Source: a virus. Taken from it: 64,000 nucleotides of DNA. The notes beneath the pieces are model-generated. The model saw only the letters and a program-made list of their open reading frames with translations, was not told where the DNA came from and searched no databases. Location: the IMG/VR virus record IMGVR_UViG_3300036859_000973, positions 21,102 to 85,101 of that record. The stretch is one strand, 5' to 3'. A program made the position numbers and the translations under genes. Positions within the stretch are counted from its first letter, which is position 1. Each line of letters opens with the position of its first letter. Below are positions 29,087 through 38,346 of this stretch, piece by piece.

Positions 29087-29908
29087 CTACCGTCCTGTCG
29101 GGCATTGTTCGCACGTCATGTCTAGGCCCACGGTCGATTCCGGTCCCGGGAGGCACTGCGGCCCCCGGGGGCACCGGCCGAAGGTCACGGCCACGGTCGC
29201 GTGGAGCGCTCCCGGCGGCCACTCCGCGATCGGGAGCCGCGTCGGGATCACCACGCCAGCCTGCTTGTACGCCTCGTCACGATCGAGCGGGAGCCTGCGG
29301 TAAGGGCCTGGGCCGAAAGTCCACAGGGTCTTGCGGCGCCCCTTCTTGGCTGCGCCGAACTCGCGCACCTGCCGCGCCTCGTAGTTCGGCGCGACGCACA
29401 CGGGATCGACGATGACGCCGCCGTCGGCGAGGGATTGTTCGAGACCGAGCCGCTCGTTGCAGGCTCCTACAACCGTGTCTGCGAAGGCCTTCCGGTCAAG
29501 GCCGTTGGGGTGGAGGAACGTTTCGGTATGGGTGCCAACCCCACCAGTTAATGCCCCCCAGTATTCCAGTCGAAATCCATGGGGCGCCATCCACGCGGCC
29601 CACTCGTTGAGGACATCCCACAACATGTGGGTGTCGCGCACAGTACGATCCCAAGCGGTATGATCGCCGACGTCGAAGACCACTTGGTTGGCAAGGACGC
29701 AGCGAAGTTGGTATGCGATCTCGGTGGGGCTCTCGATGTGCCGCCACTGGCGCGGGTGGCCCGCGGCGTCGGCATCGCCGACCCGGATGCGCGGCGGGCC
29801 CGGCGTGCCCTCGGGCCGGCTGAAGAACTCCTCGGCGAGGAGAGCTTCGGCGAGCGCCGTGCGATGGGCCTCGAAGATTACGTCGCTGCGGAAGCCGAAG
29901 CGGGTCAT
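29087..29908 (-). CDS. Archaeo-eukaryotic primase (AEP)-like protein
   Basis: VVFDVGD, TGGVGTH, IVD motifs; C-terminal Cys cluster. Confidence 0.55.
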   Translation of the reverse strand: MTRFGFRSDVIFEAHRTALAEALLAEEFFSRPEGTPGPPRIRVGDADAAGHPRQWRHIESPTEIAYQLRCVLANQVVFDVGDHTAWDRTVRDTHMLWDVLNEWAAWMAPHGFRLEYWGALTGGVGTHTETFLHPNGLDRKAFADTVVGACNERLGLEQSLADGGVIVDPVCVAPNYEARQVREFGAAKKGRRKTLWTFGPGPYRRLPLDRDEAYKQAGVVIPTRLPIAEWPPGALHATVAVTFGRCPRGPQCLPGPESTVGLDMTCEQCPTGR

Positions 29909-29909
29909 C

Positions 29910-30707
29910 TCAGGCCTCCTCCACCCGTGGCGCGATGAGTCCTAGGAATCGGAGATGCTCGTCGGCGTAGCGAAAGGCGATCGGCACGTCGTTGCCGAAG
30001 AGGATCTCGATCTGGCGCTGCGGGAAGCAGGCCACCATCTGGTTGAGCACGTCAATCCCGAGACACGTCCGGATTCCCTCGATCTCCTTCGGGACGCCAT
30101 CGGCGCCCGGCAGCGGCACGACATCGTCCATGTCGATGGTAGCACCCGTGCCGAGGGAGTCGTCCTTGGACTCGATGACCAGCTTGCCGTCCTTGACGGT
30201 GAAGATGATGAGGCTCGCGCGGTCGCGGCTCTCCGTGCCGAGCTTCTCGGCCGTCGTCGCGAGGAGCTTGATCTGCTTGGCGTCGAGCCGCGTCATGGCA
30301 CGCAGATCGAGCTTCTCGATGGGCGGGATGTTCTTGATGTTGGGGCCGTAGGCGTCGAGGGGGCGCTCGACGCGCACGCGACCGCAGCGCATGACCATCT
30401 TCTTGCCGTGATCCATGAAGACGGAGACGTCGTCCTCGATGCCCAGCTTGCGCACGCTCTCCAGGAACGTGGCGGCGTGCGACAGCGGGACGTAGAAATC
30501 CGTTCCTTCCGGCGGGCCGATCCACTCGAACTCCTTGAACGCGCCGCGCGCCATCTCGACGCTGATGAGCATCACGCTGGCGTGGTCGCTGAGCGCCGTG
30601 CGGATTCCCTTGTCGTCCACGCGGACGGCTGCGACGTCGTGGAGCTTCGACGCGAGAACGAAGGCTTCCTCGAATCGGAAGGCGGGCGCGATGAGCGACA
30701 GGGGCAT
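29910..30707 (-). CDS. pcn: DNA polymerase sliding clamp (PCNA)
   Basis: 265 aa; DHASVMLISVEM..GAFKEF, FGNDVPI, C-terminal LIAPRVEE. Confidence 0.9.
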   Translation of the reverse strand: MPLSLIAPAFRFEEAFVLASKLHDVAAVRVDDKGIRTALSDHASVMLISVEMARGAFKEFEWIGPPEGTDFYVPLSHAATFLESVRKLGIEDDVSVFMDHGKKMVMRCGRVRVERPLDAYGPNIKNIPPIEKLDLRAMTRLDAKQIKLLATTAEKLGTESRDRASLIIFTVKDGKLVIESKDDSLGTGATIDMDDVVPLPGADGVPKEIEGIRTCLGIDVLNQMVACFPQRQIEILFGNDVPIAFRYADEHLRFLGLIAPRVEEA

Positions 30708-30724
30708 GTGCGTGTATCCCGGAC

Positions 30725-30752
30725 CTACATACGTTGTCCAAGTGTATAAAGG
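30725..30752 (-). promoter_or_regulatory. TATA box plus hybrid palindromic site upstream of PCNA
   Basis: Minus strand CCTTTATAC-ACTTGGAC-AAC-GTATGTAG. Confidence 0.7.
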
Positions 30753-30778
30753 CTTCGTCTCGACCGGAAGTGAAGGCC

Positions 30779-32527
30779 TCACTGGGCGCGTCGCTCGCGG
30801 CGGTGGACCTTGACCTCGCGTCTGACGGCAGCCTTGATCCGGTTGAAGCCGAGGCGACACGCATCGGCCCTATCGTCGTGAAACCGTCCTTCTGCCGTGA
30901 ACATGAGGAACTCTTGGATCGTGTCCTTGTCCTCGTATTCGAGGAGGAACTCGCCCCGCATCATGGCCTGGAGCAGGCCGCTCTCGACGAGGGCCGTGTC
31001 CTTGTCGGCTTGACCCTTCTCGACGAGGAGCGGCAGGATCTCCTTGGATTGCTGGTGGACTTGCTGGGCGTAGGCCTCCTGGAAGCCGATGCCCTCCGTC
31101 ACGACGTTGGCTGGCTGGCGTATCCACGGGTGGCGATAGAGCGACTCCATCATCTTGCACACCTCGGGGAAGTCCCAGCGCGAGGCGCGCACGCGCGCGT
31201 ACACCTTCTTGTCCCTCGTGCGCACGAGCATCGCGACGGCGGTGCGGTCGTGGCGGCGCTTCTTGCCGATGGCGTGGTCCCAGGCGTGGATCTCCATGAC
31301 GACGTCGTCCGGCTTCGGCGGCGGCACGATGGAGACGCTGTTGTATTCGCTGGGCTTGCCCACGAGCGCGGCGTCCGAACTCCAGAAGCGCAACATCTCC
31401 TTCGTGACGCGCTGCTGCGACGGCGGCACGAAGAAGAGCATCTGCTGGGTCGTGAAGGAGACGGCATCGCGGAGGTACTTCTCGTGCAAGAGCCACTCGA
31501 CGCTGCGGTGGACCCCCCATTCGACGTAGTGCTCCTTCGTGCCGGGGCAGTTGCCGGTGCCGAGCAGGCACGGCCAGAGCGCCTCCAGGCTCCGTCCCTT
31601 CTCGGTCATCGTGACCCACGTCCGCTCGCCGCTCTCGTTGAGGATCTCCTCGAAGTCGCCCTGCGCCTCCTCGGAGCCCATGGTCGGGAAGCGGCTCAGG
31701 GCAGGGCGCTTCACGACGTAGAAGCCCCCCTTGGCGAGACGATCGTTGGTGTCGTCCTCGTACTGCGGCGTGCAGAGGCTCCACACCGTTGCGCCGGGAT
31801 CGAGCGTGCCGAACAGGGTGTTCTGGCACCACTCGTACTGGACGTTGCGGAGATGCTGCGTGCGCGAGTTCTTCGGCGTCACGATGTCGTCGAGCTTGGT
31901 CTTCTTGGGGTGGAGGCCTTGGAGCGCGCCACCGACGCCGATGGCCAGGATCGTCGGGTTCTTGCCGATGCTGCCGGCAGCGGGGATCACGATCTTGTCG
32001 CCCGCCCACGTCGTCGAGAGTTCATGGAGCGTCTCGCCCTTCGGGCCGTGGAAGGCCGCGTCGATGAGGCGCCCTTGGCCGCCCGAGTCGATCGTGTTGC
32101 GCACCGCGTTCATGGTGAGCGTGGCGGCGTCGGCCGTCTCCTGGACGATCAACTCGCGCGGGTCGCGGTACTTGCTGTCGGGGAGGATGGCGTAGCAGAC
32201 GTCGTGGACCGTGTCAGCGATGGCATACGTCTCCGACTTCGAGTGCGAACGCGGCAGCATCACGACGACGTTGTCGCGACCGCGGACTTCGCGATCGACG
32301 TTGATCATGAATGGCACGACGTCCTTGCCAAGGAAGATGTGTGCGAAGAGCAGGACGTTGTCCTCGCATAGGACGGTGGCGCGAGCCACGCCGTCCTGCT
32401 GCTTCTCGACGCGCTCGCTGAGCAGGCCATCCATCAGCTTGTCGTAGTCGGCGTGGCCGATGAGGCCGTGGCGGACCGCGGCTGGGATGCGGCGGATTTC
32501 TGGGAGATCGGTCGGATGCTGGATCAT
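30779..32527 (-). CDS. terL: Terminase large subunit
   Basis: LPRSHSKS, GVGGALQG.H....LDD, AWDHA...HDRTA, HDDRADA. Confidence 0.9.
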   Translation of the reverse strand: MIQHPTDLPEIRRIPAAVRHGLIGHADYDKLMDGLLSERVEKQQDGVARATVLCEDNVLLFAHIFLGKDVVPFMINVDREVRGRDNVVVMLPRSHSKSETYAIADTVHDVCYAILPDSKYRDPRELIVQETADAATLTMNAVRNTIDSGGQGRLIDAAFHGPKGETLHELSTTWAGDKIVIPAAGSIGKNPTILAIGVGGALQGLHPKKTKLDDIVTPKNSRTQHLRNVQYEWCQNTLFGTLDPGATVWSLCTPQYEDDTNDRLAKGGFYVVKRPALSRFPTMGSEEAQGDFEEILNESGERTWVTMTEKGRSLEALWPCLLGTGNCPGTKEHYVEWGVHRSVEWLLHEKYLRDAVSFTTQQMLFFVPPSQQRVTKEMLRFWSSDAALVGKPSEYNSVSIVPPPKPDDVVMEIHAWDHAIGKKRRHDRTAVAMLVRTRDKKVYARVRASRWDFPEVCKMMESLYRHPWIRQPANVVTEGIGFQEAYAQQVHQQSKEILPLLVEKGQADKDTALVESGLLQAMMRGEFLLEYEDKDTIQEFLMFTAEGRFHDDRADACRLGFNRIKAAVRREVKVHRRERRAQ

Positions 32528-32891
32528 GGGCTCTCCCCCTTGCTGGTGCGGCGACGATGGGGATAGCGCTGCCTTGGCCACCCCAACACATCGCGCAGCG
32601 CGTTTGCCTCCGCTGCAAGCTCGGTTTGGATGAGCGCGAGCGGCGCGTTGACTTGCACAAGCGCTGGTTCGTAGAGGGCCAAGCGCTCATCGTCCTCGAT
32701 GCGCCGCAGTTTCTCGGCTACTTCCGTTTCCGTCATCATGGTTTCGTGTCTCCCGTCCCACTGGCTCGCGTAGCAGCCCGCAGTCCGGCGTGGCTGCCGT
32801 GGACGGGGCAGGGCGCGCAGGTGCTTGTGGCCTTGACGTTGCAGGTGCAGGTTGTCCACGCGGCGAGCGCGCAGGGTCCTGGGTCGCACAT

Positions 32892-33092
32892 CTACGCTCC
32901 CTCCTTCCCGCTGGCGCTGAAAGCTCCCACGCCGCGCCGTGCCTGCATCATTGGAGAATCGTATAGCGCGCCCGTGGCCGTGTTCTCCGCGTAGATGAAC
33001 CGCGAGCCGCACTCCGGGCACGGCGGATCGGGAGGCCCATAGTCCAGCCACTCGAAACGGCAATCGTCGCAAGTTAGCGACCAGTCGCTCAT
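32892..33092 (-). CDS. CPxCG zinc-ribbon micro-protein
   Basis: CDDC...CPECGS; ATGA coupling. Confidence 0.65.
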   Translation of the reverse strand: MSDWSLTCDDCRFEWLDYGPPDPPCPECGSRFIYAENTATGALYDSPMMQARRGVGAFSASGKEGA

Positions 33093-33801
33093 GGCGACCC
33101 TCCCGTCCCGCTGGCGCGCTCGATGGGGCGCGGCGCATCGTTGTGGCGCAGGACGCCCAGCATCTTGACCGCGTAGCGCGGCGGATTCTGGACCATCACG
33201 CCTGTGAAGCGGGAGGCGTAGTAGCTGGTCTTGCCGAGCGTCAGGAGCATGAACGGTTCGTCGCGCCACCACGCGACGAGCCATCCACGCGGTAGCTTCA
33301 GGTTCCGTGTCACGCTCATGGCTTCGTCCCTCCGCTCCCGCTGGCTCGCGGCGGGCAACACGGCTCGTCCGGCGCGGTGCTCCTCACCCGATGTGTTTCG
33401 CAGTAGTACCACCCTCTCTCGGAGAGACTCGGCCGAACCCGGCAGGGCTCCACGCTCACCGCCTCCGCCTCGACTTCCTCTGCATCCGCTCTCCTGGGGC
33501 GTTGTTCCACCACCACACCTCGCAACCCTGCCAGGGATCGCACATCGCTCATCGCCTCCGCTCGGAACGGTCGCGTAGCTGCCACATCGGGATGGGCGCA
33601 TATCCGGGCCAGGGCGCCTTCGTCACGAGGCGGGACTCCATGGTCGGCGGCTCCCAGCCGCGACGCCGCCAGCGGCGGTCATCGTCGCTCATGGCGTCTT
33701 CCCCCTCCCGTTGGAACGCTCGCGGGATGAAGAACCACGAACGACTCCGAGGCGACCGTTCGCCGCGGCCGCGTCCCCGCGAGGGGGTGGGGATTGGAAC
33801 A

Positions 33802-34350
33802 TCATGCCGTCAACTCCAAATTGGACCGGAGCCTGGCAACGTAGGGCGTCCAGTCCTTGCCCGTCCTCAAAAACCAGGAGGGGTGAGGAACGAGGAAGGT
33901 GGGCTGGTCGAGCCCTCCGAAGTGATCCGTGGCGTGTTCTGCGACGCGACCGACGGCCACGATGGCGCGCGGTTCGGAGAGCCGGACGATCTCGTTGAGC
34001 CACGGCCGGCACGCGCTGATCTCGCTGACACGGGGCGCACGGAAGTGGGCATCTGCGAGGTCGCGCGGCATGCAGGCCACGGCGTTGCAGAGAAGCCAGC
34101 CGTCGGCCGCGAGGCCGAGATAGCCATCGAGCCACGTCTGGAGAAGCTTCCCGGCACGTCCGATGAAGGGCTCGCCGGCCTTGATCTCGTCCGGGCCCGG
34201 CGCCTCGCCGACGAAGAGAACAATTCCCTTGCGGAACGAACCACGCCATGGCGCGTGCAGGCCTGGCATATGGCCAAGGAGACAGCGCGTGCAGACGAGG
34301 ATCTCTTGACGGAGGTTCTCGACTTCGAGCGCCCACGAGGCATCGGTCAC
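33802..34350 (-). CDS. udg: Uracil-DNA glycosylase, family 4
   Basis: CTRC, FVGEAPG, PFIGRAGKLL, NAVAC.P, ACRPWL, HPS. Confidence 0.92.
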   Translation of the reverse strand: MTDASWALEVENLRQEILVCTRCLLGHMPGLHAPWRGSFRKGIVLFVGEAPGPDEIKAGEPFIGRAGKLLQTWLDGYLGLAADGWLLCNAVACMPRDLADAHFRAPRVSEISACRPWLNEIVRLSEPRAIVAVGRVAEHATDHFGGLDQPTFLVPHPSWFLRTGKDWTPYVARLRSNLELTA

Positions 34351-35438
34351 GCCTCGACCTCTGCGACCCCGCGGACGAGTGGGTAGCGATAGGGCTTCTT
34401 TGTTCTGATGAATCCATCGAGCCCCGCCTCGCGCAGCGCCTTGATGTCGGCGTACTGGTCGTTGTCGCGGTTCACGACGGTCGCGGTCCAGCCGCCGGCG
34501 ACGCCCTGCTTCTTGGCTTGCTTGTCCTGGATCTCGATGCAGATCAGTTCGCCGATGCGGCGCTTCTCGTCGATGGCCTCGTCGGCGATCTTGGCGAGCT
34601 TGTGGTACGCCGCGAGGTTCGTGGCGAGGTCGCCCGTTCCATCGGCAAGCTCCTCGAAGTCACGCAGGTACTCGGTCGGGTGCTCCTTGTCCCACGCGGC
34701 CGCGATCTCGGGATCGTCGGCCTCGACCGCGGACGCGATGGCCATCGCCTTGCTGACGTAGAAGTCGAGGATCTCCTGGACCTGCTCCATCGTCATCGGG
34801 AACTCGCGGATGATGGTGGGGTCGCCGCCGCGCTCTCCGTTGTTGCCGTCGAGCGGCTGGTCCGGCACGACGACCACGACGACGCCATCGGGGACGTAGC
34901 TGCGGAGCCAGTCGAAGTGGGCCGTCTGGTCCGGATGCCACGCAGCGACGGGGAAGACGTACACCTCGCGATCCGGGCGCTCGGAGAAGGCGGCGTGGGC
35001 CTCCCACCACATCGCCGCGAGCCCGAGCATGGCCTGGCGCTTGGCGCTCTCGATCTTCGCCGTCGAGGGCGTGCCGTGCGACTTGTGCTCTTGGACGACG
35101 ACCTTGTCGTCCACGACAGAGACGGCGTCGGGATGGATCACGAGCCGCCAGCCGGCGACGGAGAGTCCGATCTCGGCGTGGACCTCGGAGCAGTCCGCGT
35201 CGGCGAGGCTGCCGCCGGCCAGCGTGTTGCCCTTGTAGCTCCAGAACTTGTTGCCGGACGTCGGTGCCACCTCGCCCCGCTTCTGTGCGAGGATGCGCAG
35301 CGCGTAGTCCGCGGCCGTGAGCTTCACGATGGTCGAGCCGCCGATGTAGCGACCTTCCCACTCAGGCTGGTGGACGTTCCCGGTTGGACGATGCCTAGCT
35401 CTGATCCGGTCGGCGACGGTCTTGACGGACATCGACAT
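34347..35438 (-). CDS. PD-(D/E)XK nuclease (Cas4/YqaJ/lambda-exonuclease-like)
   Basis: IGGS, HPDAV...QEHKS...RQA motifs. Confidence 0.7.
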   Translation of the reverse strand: MSMSVKTVADRIRARHRPTGNVHQPEWEGRYIGGSTIVKLTAADYALRILAQKRGEVAPTSGNKFWSYKGNTLAGGSLADADCSEVHAEIGLSVAGWRLVIHPDAVSVVDDKVVVQEHKSHGTPSTAKIESAKRQAMLGLAAMWWEAHAAFSERPDREVYVFPVAAWHPDQTAHFDWLRSYVPDGVVVVVVPDQPLDGNNGERGGDPTIIREFPMTMEQVQEILDFYVSKAMAIASAVEADDPEIAAAWDKEHPTEYLRDFEELADGTGDLATNLAAYHKLAKIADEAIDEKRRIGELICIEIQDKQAKKQGVAGGWTATVVNRDNDQYADIKALREAGLDGFIRTKKPYRYPLVRGVAEVEA

Positions 35439-35448
35439 CCTTCATCAC

Positions 35449-35475
35449 CTACATACGTTGTATGTATATTTAAGG
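35449..35475 (-). promoter_or_regulatory. TATA box plus palindromic site overlapping RBS
   Basis: Minus strand CCTTAAAT-ATACATAC-AAC-GTATGTAG-GTGA. Confidence 0.7.
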
Positions 35476-36882
35476 ACTCGCGTGGGGGGGATCTTCAAAG
35501 CTGGGGGGGACCAATCCAAGTTCCTCCAGAAGCTCATGGGCAGCAATCAAATACCTCGGGGCAACTCGTGTGACGAGCCCAGATTTCTCCATGGCGTGGA
35601 TATGGTTATATGCTGTCGAACGACTGCGACGTCCTTTTTGTTCTAGCCAGCTTACCAGGTCGCGCTGTGTGAAACCATTTTTTCTCTTGTCTGGTTCCTC
35701 CATGATGAACGATTGGAGCAAGTCATGATCGCCCGTGGTCTTTGGCTCGCTTCCCCCTTCAACATTGTATTTCTGGAAGAGAGCACTAATGTAATTCTCC
35801 GAAAGGAGACACGCGAGCTTCGCGTCTTCATCCTCATACTCAAGCTTCTCGATGTATTGCCCCTCCGTGAGTTTGCTGACTACGCGGCTGACGGCCGCTG
35901 CGGTGACAAGCTGGGCGATCCTTCCGTAGTCGCGTAGCGTGCGCAGCGTGCTCGTCGGCACGCCGATGTCGTCTTCGAGTTCTCTGTATGGTCCGTCGTG
36001 GACTTGCTGGACGATCTGGATGAGGTCCTTGGGTGGATAGGGGACGATCTCGAAGTTGGTGAGCCAGGCGATCTCGTTGAACTTCCTGATCGATGGTTGC
36101 AGCGAACTCACCCTGCCTGGGCCGTTCCACCACGTTGTTCTGGCCTGGATGCGGTTCGAGTTCCATGCCGCTGGGACCACGCGGCTGCTCAGGCCGCTCT
36201 CTTCCATGGTCTCGCGGACGCTGGACGCGAGCGGGCGGCTGCAACCGATGAAGGAGGCGTTGGTCCGGTACTGGAGGATGCCCTCGTTGGCGTCGAAGAC
36301 GATCTTGAACCGTTCCATGATCTCGCGTTGGGCATCGGTGGACTGGATGCCTACGAGCTTGGCAAGCGCAACGACGATGTCTCCTTCCTCGAAAGCGCGG
36401 TTGAGGTGCTCGCCCTTGTCCTTCGACGCTGGTCCGTGGCCGAGGAAGTCCATGAACTCGCTGCAATACCAGAAGTCGGCCCTCGGGAGCCACGGGACAC
36501 CAAGACGATCGCCGGTAGCTGTGCCGCGCGCGCGCTCCCAACCAGTGCCACTCTCCAGGGAGTAGTACGTCGGGCCGATGTAGTCGGACGGCGCGGAGAG
36601 GATGTCGCAGGCACCGATGTAGTCGCGCAGGAAGGCCTTGCTGCCGGTGCTCTTCCCGTCGCCGATCGGTCCGAGGATCATCATGTGGCGACGCAGGCGG
36701 GCGCGAGGGTTGTCGCTGTAAGTACCACGCTTCAGGCAAGCCAGGAGGTAGGTGATCTCCATCTCCGTGTACCAGACGCTGCCGGCGTCGCCGTACTCCT
36801 CGCGCCCGGCGCGCTCGACCTCGAAGAAGATGGGCGTGGCCACAACGCGGCTGATAGGCGGCGCCTCAATCCATTTTTCCAT
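35470..36882 (-). CDS. MCM-like AAA+ helicase with C-terminal winged helix
   Basis: HMMILGPIGDGKS, CSEF, LNRAFEEG.I, SRV, LRDY.RIA; short N-terminus. Confidence 0.72.
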   Translation of the reverse strand: MEKWIEAPPISRVVATPIFFEVERAGREEYGDAGSVWYTEMEITYLLACLKRGTYSDNPRARLRRHMMILGPIGDGKSTGSKAFLRDYIGACDILSAPSDYIGPTYYSLESGTGWERARGTATGDRLGVPWLPRADFWYCSEFMDFLGHGPASKDKGEHLNRAFEEGDIVVALAKLVGIQSTDAQREIMERFKIVFDANEGILQYRTNASFIGCSRPLASSVRETMEESGLSSRVVPAAWNSNRIQARTTWWNGPGRVSSLQPSIRKFNEIAWLTNFEIVPYPPKDLIQIVQQVHDGPYRELEDDIGVPTSTLRTLRDYGRIAQLVTAAAVSRVVSKLTEGQYIEKLEYEDEDAKLACLLSENYISALFQKYNVEGGSEPKTTGDHDLLQSFIMEEPDKRKNGFTQRDLVSWLEQKGRRSRSTAYNHIHAMEKSGLVTRVAPRYLIAAHELLEELGLVPPSFEDPPHASP

Positions 36883-36967
36883 TTTGTATCATTCGAGTAG
36901 TGCGCCTGGAAAACGGTTTTTCTCCAGATGAAACGATAAATGTCTGAGGTAGGTTACCTGAGGCGAT

Positions 36968-37189
36968 TTTCCATTTATTCCAAGGCCCTCTAAGGGGGTG
37001 CTAAAAGGTGGACGAAGGCCAAGGCAGATCGACAGCTACATAAGGACGGACGTAGGTAAGAGAGTACCTTAGAGAGAGCTATCTTTCTAGGACGCTACCT
37101 TCTCTATGGACCCCCTTAGTCTCATCCCCTCACCCACCTCCTTGTCCATCCTTTAGCACCCCCTTAGAGGGCCTTGGAATAAATGGAAA
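36968..37189. repeat. Perfect 38-bp inverted repeat (36968-37005 / 37152-37189); candidate origin or packaging site
   Basis: TTTCCATTTATTCCAAGGCCCTCTAAGGGGGTGCTAAA and its exact reverse complement, 146-bp spacer. Confidence 0.95.
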
Positions 37190-37204
37190 TCCAATCCCTC
37201 TGTG

Positions 37205-37212
37205 TTTAAATA
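37205..37212 (+). promoter_or_regulatory. Archaeal TATA box
   Basis: TTTAAATA ~25 nt before ATG 37236 with no RBS (leaderless geometry). Confidence 0.7.
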
Positions 37213-37235
37213 GCATCGTTCCCCCTCTTCTTCCG

Positions 37236-37847
37236 ATGGGCGATCCGATCCCCGTCGATGTCCTGCACGCACCCGACGCGATCGTGCCGACGGACCACCC
37301 CATCGACCAGCATCCCGACCGCGACGCGGTGATCCACGCCATCGGGCTCTACCTCCTGGAGCCCAAGGCCACCAAGCCGACGTGGCGCATCTTCGTGGGG
37401 GCGCTGCGCACCGAGTTCCCCGACCTCGCGCTCGACGCCACCGAGGAGCGGGCCATCGCCCAGGTCCAGGCCTACGCGCGCAAGGTCGCGCGCGTCGTCG
37501 TGCTCTCGGGCGAGTTCTTCCGCAAGGCCCTCATCGAAGCCGGCATCGACCTGAACACGCTGAAGCACAAGGCGGACATCGCCCAGAAGCTCCAGGCCGA
37601 GTTCGAGGCCGTCATCGCCGATCGCAGCACCGACGCCAAGGGTCGCCCGAACATCCGTCCCATCGACCGCGCCACGCTCGGCCGGGCCGCTCTTGAGGCG
37701 TGGAACGACTTCGAGGAGACGGCAGAGCGCGCGGGGATGCTCGCGCCGCGCCACGTCAAGGTGGACACGACCCACGTCGAGATCGATGTGGCCGCGCTCC
37801 GCGCGCAGCACAAGGACAGCTATGCCGATCGGGTACGGGTCCGCTGA
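37236..37847 (+). CDS. Helical protein, candidate terminase small subunit or origin-binding protein
   Basis: Only + strand gene in this arm; C-terminal AGMLAPRHVKVD resembles TerS tails. Confidence 0.5.
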   Translation: MGDPIPVDVLHAPDAIVPTDHPIDQHPDRDAVIHAIGLYLLEPKATKPTWRIFVGALRTEFPDLALDATEERAIAQVQAYARKVARVVVLSGEFFRKALIEAGIDLNTLKHKADIAQKLQAEFEAVIADRSTDAKGRPNIRPIDRATLGRAALEAWNDFEETAERAGMLAPRHVKVDTTHVEIDVAALRAQHKDSYADRVRVR

Positions 37848-37963
37848 ACCCGATGCGACGAGTGCGCCCGCGTAACCGTTAAGTGCGTGCGATCCCCATC
37901 CAGGGATTGCCGGTTTCGTCGCGGCTTCCGGCAAGCAGCTTCGGGTGGGATGCACAGACGAAA

Positions 37964-37987
37964 CCCGCCGGACGGCAACCCGGCGGG
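37964..37987. terminator. GC hairpin between convergent genes
   Basis: CCCGCCGG/CCGGCGGG stem just after the stop of the 37990 ORF. Confidence 0.55.
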
Positions 37988-37989
37988 CT

Positions 37990-38346
37990 TCATTTTCCTT
38001 CGCAGATCGGGCACGCCATGTGGACGCGCCCGTCCTCCAACCTCGTGACCCAGCCACCGGCGCAGCCGCGCGGGCACGGCTCGAAGCTCACGGGCACGAG
38101 GGAGTCGAGCGCGACCGCATCGACCGCGACGACCTGTGTCGGGACGACCTTGGCCTTGATCCTGGGTTGCCGCAGGATCGACGGAGGTGCGTCCTCGCGC
38201 TCCGCCTCGTGGCGCCGCCCCGGGATCACGATGGGCCGCGTCAGGACGGCCCACAGCAGCGCGACGAACAGCACCGGGATGATGAGGCCCGTCACGGTGA
38301 GCACGACGACGGCTCCGAGCACCGCGGCGGGCCAGAGGTCGGTCAC
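37990..38346 (-). CDS. Membrane protein with C-terminal zinc ribbon
   Basis: N-terminal hydrophobic stretch; CPRGC...CPIC. Confidence 0.65.
   Translation of the reverse strand: MTDLWPAAVLGAVVVLTVTGLIIPVLFVALLWAVLTRPIVIPGRRHEAEREDAPPSILRQPRIKAKVVPTQVVAVDAVALDSLVPVSFEPCPRGCAGGWVTRLEDGRVHMACPICEGK

Noticed and set aside
37900-37970. Hammerhead ribozyme suggested by GACGAAAC
   Set aside because: No CTGANGA core on either strand
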